Source of the DNA: Caldilineaceae bacterium
Lineage (GTDB): Bacteria; Chloroflexota; Anaerolineae; Caldilineales; Caldilineaceae
Length of the DNA stretch: 64,000 nucleotides
Direction: 5' to 3'
Assembly: GCA_965204525.1 (NCBI GenBank)
Contig: OZ241994.1
Location: forward strand, 2,791,732-2,855,731
The notes beneath the pieces are model-generated. The model made no database searches, was not told the DNA's origin, and was given only the letters and a program-made list of their open reading frames with translations. Made by a program: the position numbers and the translations under genes. Below, piece by piece: positions 1 to 9,074 of the stretch. The first letter of the stretch is position 1, and every line of letters begins with the position of its first letter.

Positions 1-83
1 ATATCGCTAAGGCCGACAGCAATACCGCCAAAGCCAACAGCAATACCGCTAAGGCCAACAACAATACCGCCAAGGCCAGACCT
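1..83 (+). repeat. 21-bp tandem repeat (about 4 units, aataccgccaaagccaacagc-like), in-frame, encoding a 7-aa P/T/K-rich repeat
   Basis: Units at 1-20 (partial), 21-41, 42-62 and 63-83 differ by a few substitutions. Confidence 0.8.
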
Positions 84-417
84 GGGTTGCCTCGTGACGC
101 ATGCCGCTACGCCTGCGCAATTGTGCGTATCTGGTGAAGGGCTTCAGTACTATTTCATCGGGCCGGACGGCGGGCAACCAGGGCCCTATCTGTCTTCATT
201 CAGCGACCTGGCTGAATCACATTCGATGGTTCCGGCCGTGGTTGAACTGTACCGCGGCGTGAATTCCCTGACGGACAAGCCGGTGCATATTGACTATCTG
301 CCAGGTGAAGAGGTGATTCGGGTCAGCACCTACTACCCGGATACGCCTTACAGTATAAACAAACCCTATATCTTCACCCTCGACAAAGACTCTCAGGTGA
401 CATATCAGGCTTGGTAG
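1..417 (+). CDS. Secreted Pro/Thr-repeat protein, 5'-truncated by the window edge; C-terminal ~105-aa domain paralogous to 36211..37134
   Basis: Frame 1 is open from nt 1 (ISLRPTAIPPKPTAIPLRPTTIPPRP...) into ORF 94..417. [22 protein letters not shown]...[20 protein letters not shown] aligns residue-for-residue with the C-terminus of the 36211..37134 product. Confidence 0.7.
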   Translation: MSLRPTAIPPKPTAIPLRPTTIPPRPDLGCLVTHAATPAQLCVSGEGLQYYFIGPDGGQPGPYLSSFSDLAESHSMVPAVVELYRGVNSLTDKPVHIDYLPGEEVIRVSTYYPDTPYSINKPYIFTLDKDSQVTYQAW

Positions 418-501
418 GTTCGTTTTCAGAGGCTGTTTGAGAATCAGGAGCGGGCGCCATACGGAGCGCGGCAACGTGTGAATGGAACTGCTGCGCCATC
501 C

Positions 502-2088
502 TCAACCACTTCCCTGTAAACGCAGGTTCATCCGCTCTGGTACAAACAGGCGCGGCTCCATCTGGCGCAGGTCGGGCGCCACGGCCAGCGGGAATTCGCA
601 CTGCGCGAGCACGTCCTCTTCCAGGGAGGCGCCGGGCGCGATTTCGATGACGGTCCAGCCGTCGGCATCGAGGCGCAGGACGCAGCGCTCGGTGACGGCG
701 ACCACGTTCTGGCCGGTCTGGCGGGCGCGGCGACCGCTGAAGGTGACGTGCTCGACCTCGTTGACGAACTTGCACACTCTGCCCTCACGCTCGATGTGCA
801 GGCGGCCGTCGACGACGTCGAGGCGGGCGCCGGCGGTGTATGTGCCGCTGATGACGATGTCTCTGGCGTTGGCGGTGATGTCGACGAAGCCGCCGACACC
901 GGCGGTCACGTGGGGACGGGCGGCCAGGCGGGAGACGTTGATGTTGCCCTCGCGATCGATCTGCATGAAGGAAAGGAAGCAGCGATCGAAGCCGCCGCCC
1001 TGGAAATAGCTGAACTGGTCAGGTGAGGGAATGATGGCCTGGGTGTTGGCCGCGCAACCGAACTGAAAGCCCCCCAGCGGCATGCCCCCTACCGCGCCCT
1101 GCTCGATGACCCAGGTGACGGCGCCGTCCAGCCCCTCTTCGAGAAGAACTCGCGGCACGAGCGCGGAGATGCCGAAGCCGAGATTGACCGCTTCGCCATC
1201 GCGGAGCTCGAGCGCGGCGCGACGGGCGATCACCTTTTGCAGGCCCCACTCGGCGACCTCGAATGTATCGGACGGGACGCGCACCTCGCCGCTGATGGCC
1301 GGGTCGTAGTCGGTCTGCGTGGTCTGCATGGAGTCGGGTACAACCACGACAGCATCGACGAGAACGCTGGGCACGCGCACGTTCTGGGCGAGAAGGGTGC
1401 CGGCGGCGACGCTGCGCTCGACCTGGGCGATGACGACGCCGCCGTTGTTGTGCGCGGCCAGTGCGACGTCGTAGGCGCCGAGAAAGGCGCCCTCGCGCTC
1501 GAAAGTGAGATTGCCCATTTCGTCGGCGGTCGTCGCGCGGATCAGTGCCGCGTCCGGGTGCAGGGCGCGCAGATAGAGCCACTCCTGGCCGTCAAACGCC
1601 ACCAGCTGCACAATATCTTCGCGGGTGCGCTCGTTCATGCGGCCGCCCTGGCGCCGTGGGTCGAGGTAGGTATCCATGCCCAGCTGTGTGAGGACGCCGG
1701 GCCGCCGGGCCGCAGCCTCGCGCAGCTGGTGGAAGATGAGCCCGCTGGGAATGTTGTAGGCTTCGACTTCGTTTTCGTAGATCATCCGCCAGATGGCGGG
1801 CGACTCCATCGACGACGGACCTGAGGGGAGTGAGCCGGCGATCACGCGCGCCAGCAGGCCGGGGCGGGCGATATGGTCGATGCCGTCGATGCCGTACATG
1901 TCGCCGGCGGCGATGGGGTGAATGGTGGTCAGGTTCTGCGGATGGCCTTGTTGGACAAAGCGCTCGCCCACGGCGCGCAGGAGCGCGTCGGGGCAGAGCA
2001 GACCGCTGGACGAGTTGACAGCCACCGTCGCCCCGTCGGGGATGAGGGCTGCGGCTTCGGGTAGGGTAACAAAACGGGTGCGCGGCAT
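502..2088 (-). CDS. Acyl-CoA:acetate/3-ketoacid CoA-transferase family protein (YdiF / propionate CoA-transferase type)
   Basis: 528-aa ORF with ATG at 2088. The N-terminus MPRTRFVTLPEAAALIPDGATVAV, the GVGGFVDI region and the length fit fused alpha/beta family-I CoA-transferases. Confidence 0.8.
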   Translation of the reverse strand: MPRTRFVTLPEAAALIPDGATVAVNSSSGLLCPDALLRAVGERFVQQGHPQNLTTIHPIAAGDMYGIDGIDHIARPGLLARVIAGSLPSGPSSMESPAIWRMIYENEVEAYNIPSGLIFHQLREAAARRPGVLTQLGMDTYLDPRRQGGRMNERTREDIVQLVAFDGQEWLYLRALHPDAALIRATTADEMGNLTFEREGAFLGAYDVALAAHNNGGVVIAQVERSVAAGTLLAQNVRVPSVLVDAVVVVPDSMQTTQTDYDPAISGEVRVPSDTFEVAEWGLQKVIARRAALELRDGEAVNLGFGISALVPRVLLEEGLDGAVTWVIEQGAVGGMPLGGFQFGCAANTQAIIPSPDQFSYFQGGGFDRCFLSFMQIDREGNINVSRLAARPHVTAGVGGFVDITANARDIVISGTYTAGARLDVVDGRLHIEREGRVCKFVNEVEHVTFSGRRARQTGQNVVAVTERCVLRLDADGWTVIEIAPGASLEEDVLAQCEFPLAVAPDLRQMEPRLFVPERMNLRLQGSG

Positions 2089-2269
2089 TGGTCGATTTCA
2101 CCTTTGCGGGCGGGGCCGGCGCGCGCATACGAGCGGAAGAGATGCGCGCGCCGGCGGAGTAGCGATGGATCCATTATAGCGGGACGGAAGTTTGGCGCAA
2201 GGGTTGGCGGATGCGGCCCTGTCCGAGAAGGGCGCGCTGGTGGAACAGGGTGGGAGGAGAAGAGACCGG

Positions 2270-3478
2270 TTATGCGCGCAGGCGGTGGTAGGCTTGATCG
2301 CCGACGGCGGCGGTGGCGGCGCGGCCGGTCTCGTCGGCCTGCAGGAGCGCGGCCCAGGTGTTTTCGGGCGTGACGTCGAAGGGCTCGTTGTCCATGAGCG
2401 GCGTGGCGGCACTGTGCGCCATGGCCTCCTGCAGGGCGGGGCCGTCGGCTGTGGTGTCGAGGGAGAGTTGGGCCAGGTGTGTGGGCAGGCCGACCTCGGC
2501 GCAGAAGCGGGCCACCTGTTCGCATTCATCTGTGGACTGCTCCAGGGCCAGCTGGGTGAGCAGCCCCATCGCCACCATTTCGCCGTGCAGGTAGTCTTCG
2601 CGCGCTGCGGGCAGACGGGTGAAACCCATGGCAACGGCGTGGGCCGCGGTGACGCCGCCGCTCTCGAAGCCGATGCCGCTCAAGAGGGTATTGGCCTCGA
2701 TCACGCGCTCCAGGGCGGGGTTTGTCTCGCCGCGATAGTTGGCTTCGGCGGCGGCAACGCCATCGTCGAAGACGGTCTGGGCGCAGAGTTCGGCGATGGC
2801 CTGGGCTGCGATGGTGGGGCGTCCGCCGATTACGGCGCGGCCGGCCGGATTGCGGTAACAGGTGCGGGCTTCGTAGCGGGTGGCGAGAGCGTCGCCCATG
2901 CCGGCAACCAGGTAGCGCACCGGCGCGGCGGCGATCAACTGCGAATCGACCAGTACAAACGCGGGACTGTCCGGGAAGGATTCACCGCCGTGGACGATGC
3001 CTTCGTCGGTGTAGATGACCGATAGGGCGGAGCAGGGCGCGTCGGTGGAGGCGATGGTGGGGAAGATAACCACGGGAACTTCAAGCCGGGCGGCCACGCA
3101 TTTGCCTGCGTCGAGACATTTGCCGCCCCCGACCGCGATCAGACAATCGAAGGCCGTGTCCTTAGCTTGCAGGCTGGTGGAGGCGCGCTCGATTTCTGAG
3201 TAGGAGCACTCCCCCTCGAAGATTTCGACCGTCGCCTCGATCTGCATGGCGCTGAGGCCGCCGAGCAGCTGCTCGCCGTGGCGGCGCAGTCCGCCGGCGC
3301 TGATGTAGACAGCAGGGCGTGAGCTGGGTACCAGCGCCAGGAAACGGCCGAGATGGTCGAGCAAGTCCGGCCCTTGTACATAGCGTGCCGGCGCGATCAG
3401 TCCGGTAGGAGGCGTCTCCCGGCCGGTGTCGGCGAGCGAAAAGATCGGCTTGGGGGAGAAGTCGGCGTTGCTGGTCAT
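2270..3478 (-). CDS. Glycerol dehydrogenase-like iron-containing alcohol dehydrogenase
   Basis: 402 aa. The GGGKCLDAGK nucleotide-binding motif and the YLHGEMVAMG metal-site region are typical of GldA-type Fe-ADH enzymes. Confidence 0.75.
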   Translation of the reverse strand: MTSNADFSPKPIFSLADTGRETPPTGLIAPARYVQGPDLLDHLGRFLALVPSSRPAVYISAGGLRRHGEQLLGGLSAMQIEATVEIFEGECSYSEIERASTSLQAKDTAFDCLIAVGGGKCLDAGKCVAARLEVPVVIFPTIASTDAPCSALSVIYTDEGIVHGGESFPDSPAFVLVDSQLIAAAPVRYLVAGMGDALATRYEARTCYRNPAGRAVIGGRPTIAAQAIAELCAQTVFDDGVAAAEANYRGETNPALERVIEANTLLSGIGFESGGVTAAHAVAMGFTRLPAAREDYLHGEMVAMGLLTQLALEQSTDECEQVARFCAEVGLPTHLAQLSLDTTADGPALQEAMAHSAATPLMDNEPFDVTPENTWAALLQADETGRAATAAVGDQAYHRLRA

Positions 3479-3582
3479 GGTGTAGTGATCAGTGGTCAGT
3501 GTGGATCATGGGCGGTTGCAGCAACTGTGTGTGCTACATTTTCAATGGGTTTGGCCTTAAGCGCAAGGGCGAAAGGCTGCCG

Positions 3583-4335
3583 TCAATGGGTCAGCTCGCC
3601 GAGGCGGTCGGTGATGACGTCGGCGAGGCGCAGGTCGTAGTCGAGATGGGGCGCTTCAAGGATGGTGAGGTCGGGATGGCGGCGGCGGGCTTCGGCAAGA
3701 ATGTGCGGCAGGTCCTGGCGGAGATGGCGGCCGCGGTGGAGGAAGTAGGGCAGGGCGGCGATCTTGCGGGCGCCCTGGGCGGCGAGGTTGTCGATGGCGC
3801 CGGCGATGCGGGGCATGTTGCAGTCGAGATAGGCGGTGGCGGCGAGGGGGTAGCGGGTCTTCTCTTGTAACCAGGCGGTCATTCGTCTGACCGGCTCGTT
3901 GGCGTGCGCCAAGGGTGTGCCGTGGGCCATGACCAGGAGGGCGGCCTTCGTCCCGTTGGCGTTGCTCATCTCCGGGTCGACGGCCTGCAGACGCTCGAGG
4001 GCGATGGCGGCCAGCTTTTCGTGGAAACCGAGGCAGGAGGCGACGCGGATGGTCAGTTCGGGGAACTGTGCGGCGACTTTGGCGACGTCGCCGGGCAGGT
4101 CCTGCTGGACGTAGACGCCGTCGATGAGGAAATAGGGCTGGACGGTGACCGAGGTTGCGCCGGCGCCGACACATTTGGCGACGGCTTCGCTGATGGTGGG
4201 ACGGCTGAAGTTGAGGAAGCCGGCTTCGGCGATGGGCGCCGCGCCGCGTTCGCGCAGGCGGGCGGCCAGCCGGATCATGGAGGCGCCGCTGTCACTGTGC
4301 AGGCTGCCGTGGCCGATGAGGACGATACTGTTCAT
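3583..4335 (-). CDS. cbiX: Sirohydrochlorin chelatase, CbiX/SirB type (two tandem CbiX halves)
   Basis: ATG at 4335 gives MNSIVLIGHGS...; the second half begins ALLVMAHGTP. The track ORF starts at an upstream TTG (4377). The gene lies directly downstream of cysH. Confidence 0.75.
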   Translation of the reverse strand: MNSIVLIGHGSLHSDSGASMIRLAARLRERGAAPIAEAGFLNFSRPTISEAVAKCVGAGATSVTVQPYFLIDGVYVQQDLPGDVAKVAAQFPELTIRVASCLGFHEKLAAIALERLQAVDPEMSNANGTKAALLVMAHGTPLAHANEPVRRMTAWLQEKTRYPLAATAYLDCNMPRIAGAIDNLAAQGARKIAALPYFLHRGRHLRQDLPHILAEARRRHPDLTILEAPHLDYDLRLADVITDRLGELTH

Positions 4336-4389
4336 TGGTTCGCGGTCGGCCGCAGTTGGCCGCCGGAACCCGACCAACGAGAGCCAGCT

Positions 4390-5115
4390 CTAGGTAAGAT
4401 GGAGTCCGCACTCGAGCTTGCTGAGCCCGACCCAGCGGCCGGCGCGCAGGTCGCCGCCGGGTTGGACGGCCTGGGTGCAGGGCCAGCAGCCGATGCTGGG
4501 GTAGTTACGCTCGTGCAGTTCGTTGTAGGGGACATCGTGGGTATGGATATAGGCCCAGACGTCGGCTTCGGTCCATTTGACCAGGGGAGAGACCTTTACG
4601 ACACCGTACTTGTCGTTCCAGCGCAGGACAGGGGTGCCGGCGCGGGTGGGCGACTGGTCGCGACGCAGGGCCGATACCCAGGCCGTGCTGCCCAACAGGG
4701 CCTTTTCCATCGGCACGACTTTGCGGATGCTGCAGCATTGGTCCGGGTTGCTGCGGTAGAGGTCCGGGCCGTGGGTCCGCTCCTGTTCGGCGACGCTCAT
4801 ATCGGAGGTCACGCGGCGGAAGGGGCGGTTGTAGTGCCGCTGGGCGCGTTCGATCAGGGCGAGGGTTTCGGGGAAGAAGTAGTCGGTGTCGATGTAGAAG
4901 ATGTCTACATCGGGGTTGATGCGCATGGCCATGTCGATCAGCGCCATGCCGCTGGCCCCAAAGGCTGAACCGATCGAGAAGCCTTCACCGAACTGGTCTA
5001 TCGCCCACTCCAGGATCTCTTCTGCGGAATTCTCTTCCAGGCGGCGGTTGAAATGGTTGATAGCGTCCGGTTGCCAGGTATCAAACGAGAGTGTTTCCTG
5101 CACGAAAGCAATCAC
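4390..5115 (-). CDS. cysH: Adenylyl-/phosphoadenylyl-sulfate reductase (thioredoxin-dependent, Fe-S type)
   Basis: 241 aa with a GTG start. PAPS-reductase fold (SAFGASGMALIDMA), cysteine pairs CC (DQCCSIRK) and CxxC (IGCWPCT), and the C-terminal ECGLH signature. Confidence 0.85.
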   Translation of the reverse strand: MIAFVQETLSFDTWQPDAINHFNRRLEENSAEEILEWAIDQFGEGFSIGSAFGASGMALIDMAMRINPDVDIFYIDTDYFFPETLALIERAQRHYNRPFRRVTSDMSVAEQERTHGPDLYRSNPDQCCSIRKVVPMEKALLGSTAWVSALRRDQSPTRAGTPVLRWNDKYGVVKVSPLVKWTEADVWAYIHTHDVPYNELHERNYPSIGCWPCTQAVQPGGDLRAGRWVGLSKLECGLHLT

Positions 5116-5748
5116 AGTCTGTTCCTCTATATTTAATCCTATCCACAGCCACGTTGACGTTCTGTTTGCGGTGCCTGCGCAATGGGAAAAGGTTTGCGCA
5201 TAAGGTTGGCACGCCTCGGCAATGGGGCTACGGATATGGGACTGATTCAGTTGTGAAGAAAAAAGTTAGCGGGCGCTCATCGCGGTGAGGTGCGTCTGGA
5301 ATTTGGTCGCCCTGTCCACGCAGGGTTGACGCACGTTTCTGTTGGATGAGCCTGTCAGGGAATTAACAACAACAGGAGCGACAACAGGAGGAGTTGGTAC
5401 ACAAGCAGCGAGAGGAGGAGGAGATGACAATCTTGTCGGAGTGGGACAGATGGGATTGTCTGCCGGGCGAGGCCGCCCGACTCGGTTGGTCATACGTTTG
5501 GATACGCATTTCCTTGTACTCCTTCTCAGCCTGATATGAAACGCCGGCAAAGCCTTTGAGCGGGCTATGCCTGACCGCTTCGCCCCACTGATGTGAGGTT
5601 ACGAAACAGTATACACAAGGTTGGGGGACGTGTCAATATCGAAAAAAGTTGTTGTCTGAACTGGAATTTTTGGGATGAGCGGATAGGCAGGATGGCAGCG
5701 GAGATGCGTGCCTACGCGAAGGGGAGAGGGAGCGGAAAGGATAGCCGG

Positions 5749-5949
5749 TCAGGCTGTCACGAGTTCGAGGGTAGAGAGGTTCAGGTCAGGGGAACGCTTG
5801 GACAGGTAGAGCATTTCAATGCCGACGACCTGCTCAGCCTCGTTGTAATCGAGGACGACGCCGGGCGCGACCTCTTCGGATTCGACGATAGTGGAGTCGT
5901 CAAGGCGCAGGTAGAGGGCGTCGGCTTCTTTGTCAATGTGTAGTTTCAT
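5749..5949 (-). CDS. DUF2283 family protein
   Basis: 66 aa. MKLHIDKEADALYLRL...VVGIEML is the characteristic DUF2283 pattern. Confidence 0.7.
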   Translation of the reverse strand: MKLHIDKEADALYLRLDDSTIVESEEVAPGVVLDYNEAEQVVGIEMLYLSKRSPDLNLSTLELVTA

Positions 5950-5998
5950 GGATATGCGGGTTGTCTTGGTATTGAGCGGCGGCGCGAGTGCGAGACGT

Positions 5999-6415
5999 TC
6001 AGACGCGGGCAGGATGGACGTCCTGTTGGTTGACCAAGGCTTTCAGTTCAACTGCTACGTCAAAGTCATCGATTGTGTAGCCGCTGATCGAAGCATGGGA
6101 GGGGTCGTCTCTATGTGGACTTGAGAACACGTCCGGCGAACTGACACCTCCTGCGCTGACCGCTTCCTTTGCTGCTGCAACGCCGAGTACGGCGAAGCGG
6201 CCGTTGGGCCGCAGGTTTATCTGGATAACCCGCCGAATTTCCTGTAGCGAGAGTTCCCGATCCTCCCCAAAATACTCTATCCAGTTTACTGACAGTGAAG
6301 AATCCCGCTCTCTGAGTTCAAAGGCTGCTACTTTGGGGAGGCCATCTGTACCCATAGCACTGGGCTTGCAGTAGCGGGCAACTTGATCCTGATCAGGTAG
6401 TGGAGGCCCGCTCAT
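5999..6415 (-). CDS. Hypothetical protein (138 aa), downstream partner of an ATGA-coupled pair
   Basis: ATG at 6415..6413 overlaps the TGA (6414..6412) of the upstream ORF. The product starts MSGPPLPDQDQVARYCKP. No family recognised. Confidence 0.55.
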   Translation of the reverse strand: MSGPPLPDQDQVARYCKPSAMGTDGLPKVAAFELRERDSSLSVNWIEYFGEDRELSLQEIRRVIQINLRPNGRFAVLGVAAAKEAVSAGGVSSPDVFSSPHRDDPSHASISGYTIDDFDVAVELKALVNQQDVHPARV

Positions 6416-6897
6416 GAAACAGCTAAGCGGGAAACGAACGTTTGCACGGCGGGCAGAATGCTGTTTCTGGGTAGAATCCCGCTGGTTCGCAGTCGTTCTT
6501 TGCCTTGCCCGGCTGGCCCTGAGGTTGCGGCGAATCGGACAAGGCCGGTGGGCAGAAACTTCATGGCGAGAATGCCGTCGCCGTGTCCCCAATAGCGCTC
6601 GTCGGAAGTAGCCATCTTTCCCTCACCGAAGGGAATACGCCACTCGGCCTCTATGAACCCCTCTGGACCAGCACCGATCTCCGGGACAGGAAGATGGGTC
6701 TCCCGCAAGAAGAAGTCGGCGAATGAACGAAATGATTCGATCGCGAGGTCCGGCTCATCCGGGTCCTCGTCAAGCAGCCCCCGCAGTTGGACAAGCCTGA
6801 CGGCCACTTCGTTGAGACCGTGTGATCGCAGGGCGTCTAAGATATCGTTTTCTTCTGCGGCTGCGGTGACTGGGGTTTGGGTCAGTTCAGTGGCCAT
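6412..6897 (-). CDS. Hypothetical acidic protein (161 aa), upstream partner of an ATGA-coupled pair
   Basis: Open frame with coding-like composition. Its stop overlaps the start of 5999..6415. No family recognised. Confidence 0.55.
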   Translation of the reverse strand: MATELTQTPVTAAAEENDILDALRSHGLNEVAVRLVQLRGLLDEDPDEPDLAIESFRSFADFFLRETHLPVPEIGAGPEGFIEAEWRIPFGEGKMATSDERYWGHGDGILAMKFLPTGLVRFAATSGPAGQGKERLRTSGILPRNSILPAVQTFVSRLAVS

Positions 6898-7070
6898 ATC
6901 ACTGTTTCGCGATAGTCCCGTTGGAGCAACGCTAGCTGGAAGGGATACTTGACTCTAGCCGACAGGCTCAGAGAATCGGACGAACTGCGCTGAATTCTGA
7001 TGTGACTTTCAGGCAATTGTCTCATATTCGATTGCATTTGTGAACTTTGCGGCTTAAAGGGGGAAGATAC

Positions 7071-7412
7071 TCAGGATCCGGAGGAATGCCGGGATTTCTT
7101 AACGACTGAGCTTTGGTCGACCGATTCGTGGAGAGCGGCGGATGCGAAGACAACTTGGTGGAGCGTTTCCGGGTTCCCCACGCGCTGGGCGGCATCGAGG
7201 ATTTCGATGCCGGCGAGGTGGTTGGCCGCGTCGTAGTCGAGGGCGATGCCGTCCTCAATGTGTTTCGTGGTCACGGTTGTGTCTTTGAAGCGAATGTATA
7301 GGGCATCGACTTCGCGATCGTAAGTTATTTTCATTGTTGGCGGGGCGTCAGTGTCGAACTGGAGCATGGATCCTGTATATGGGTGAATCTTAAATTCTTG
7401 CTCGGAGAGCAT
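7071..7412 (-). CDS. DUF2283 family protein (family-typical start probably ATG 7334)
   Basis: MKITYDREVDALYIRF...LAGIEILDA matches DUF2283. The longest ORF adds 26 N-terminal residues of unknown origin. Confidence 0.65.
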   Translation of the reverse strand: MLSEQEFKIHPYTGSMLQFDTDAPPTMKITYDREVDALYIRFKDTTVTTKHIEDGIALDYDAANHLAGIEILDAAQRVGNPETLHQVVFASAALHESVDQSSVVKKSRHSSGS

Positions 7413-7526
7413 TGAAGCTGGACGACACCATGAACTGACTTTTCCACTGCCAATCCACGTGCTTGGTGAATTGCTCCAATTTACACTTTAGTTCGTGGCC
7501 CAAATACTGGGGCCAAGTTCTCGACC

Positions 7527-8495
7527 TCATGCCTTCTCAGCTAAGGAGTCAAGAATGTGGTAGGCTGGCAGTTTCGTTGAGGATGTCCTGCTTAGGACAT
7601 GTTCGAGCGTCTTAGCTGAGTTAGCGACCAGGAAATGTTTTGATTGCCACACAACTAGGTCGTTCAGATCATCAGTGATTTTGCTGGTGAATTCTGAAGC
7701 ACAGAGATTGTATTCCTTGGGTGAAAGAATGCAAGAGAGTGCAGGAGACAACGGATAATAGAATATGATTTCTTTAGGATCACTGCCGTTCTCAGTACCC
7801 AAGAGATTTATTATTGGTTGATCTCCTGTAACAAATCCGATTGGACTCTTGTTGTCCATAAAAACTATTTCGAATTCCCTTCTGTCTCTATATAGAGTAC
7901 TACCAACGTTTTCTGCGGCAATATGACACACTACATTCGCGACTCGGGAAAAGTCATGATTGGGCGAAAATTGTACAGGAGCATCTCCAATGACTTCCCG
8001 AATGTGCTTGGTCCGAAAATACTGATGCGAAATAAATCTGAAAAAGGCAATTGCTTTCTCATCACAATTGAAAAAATCAGTCTGCCTTTTGCGCAATTCC
8101 GCTAGAATCGGTTTGGCGTGCAGCTCTATCTGTCCTTGTATCTTGTCTTCTGTCTCAATTGCAAGTGCTTGAACTGCCTTCTTTTCCTCAATAGTGAAGC
8201 TGTTATCATTTTGAATTAGCTCATTTGCCTGAGCAATACGCGCAAATGAACAGACGAGATTCTGATGCAGTTGCTTCATCTGTTCCGTCCCAGTACGTTC
8301 AATGAAGGATTTGAGAAAGACTAAGTCGGACGCGGTGAAATGAGTTAGCTTGTAGAAATCCCGTTCAACCATAAGATTTTTGGGATTAGTGGGAGGAAGA
8401 ATCTTGCCTTTTATTGAACAATGAACTAATCCATTCGCGTTCTGCCAAGCTCCAAGATAATACCGCCAAACATAGTGTTGATTGCGCGTGGTCAT
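7527..8495 (-). CDS. DUF4238 domain protein
   Basis: 322 aa with ATG at 8495. The N-terminal HYVWRYYLGAW resembles the DUF4238 HY(V/I)PxxYL motif. The gene is clearly AT-richer than the flanks. Confidence 0.65.
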   Translation of the reverse strand: MTTRNQHYVWRYYLGAWQNANGLVHCSIKGKILPPTNPKNLMVERDFYKLTHFTASDLVFLKSFIERTGTEQMKQLHQNLVCSFARIAQANELIQNDNSFTIEEKKAVQALAIETEDKIQGQIELHAKPILAELRKRQTDFFNCDEKAIAFFRFISHQYFRTKHIREVIGDAPVQFSPNHDFSRVANVVCHIAAENVGSTLYRDRREFEIVFMDNKSPIGFVTGDQPIINLLGTENGSDPKEIIFYYPLSPALSCILSPKEYNLCASEFTSKITDDLNDLVVWQSKHFLVANSAKTLEHVLSRTSSTKLPAYHILDSLAEKA

Positions 8496-9074
8496 CTTTT
8501 GAACACTCCTGGACTAAGATTTCATAAAGAAACTAGCATGCGACAGTAAACGAAAGTAAGAGGCTTCAAACATGCGAGGGCGCCTTCGTGCATTACATTC
8601 TACCTTTCTCAGCCCTACTCCTAGGAATCTCGTCTCAGATTCATTTTCTCCAACAACATGTTTGTCTGTGAAGAGAATCTAGAGCTAATGCACTTAATCA
8701 GGAGACCAGTTTTTTACGATCAAGCCGTCTGCGTATGCGCTGGTTTGGGCATGGTGACTAATTTTTCTGGCTTGGTCAGATGGCAACAACTCTTCAATGA
8801 ATATGGGATGGCCTTACCTGAGTTTTTTAGTTTCTGCCCCGTCCGAATTACAGACAATTCACCCCATAGCATTCCATGTTTCTTGATGTGGTTCATTCGT
8901 ACTCCTAAGGATTATTCTTGTGGATGACATAACTGGACTTTGTTCTACGTCCCTTGACGCATGGGCTACTATTGCCATAGTCAAGGATTCCTATGCGGTC
9001 TGGTCGGACGCGTAGACGGCTATGAATTCGGGTACTGCAGTCTCTTTGGCCCCCTATTCACGTCTCAATCAGAA

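Noticed and set aside
8658-8927. An 89-aa + strand ORF in the AT-rich gap.
   Set aside because: Cys/Phe-rich improbable composition, no RBS, no motif, and opposite in orientation to all neighbouring genes.
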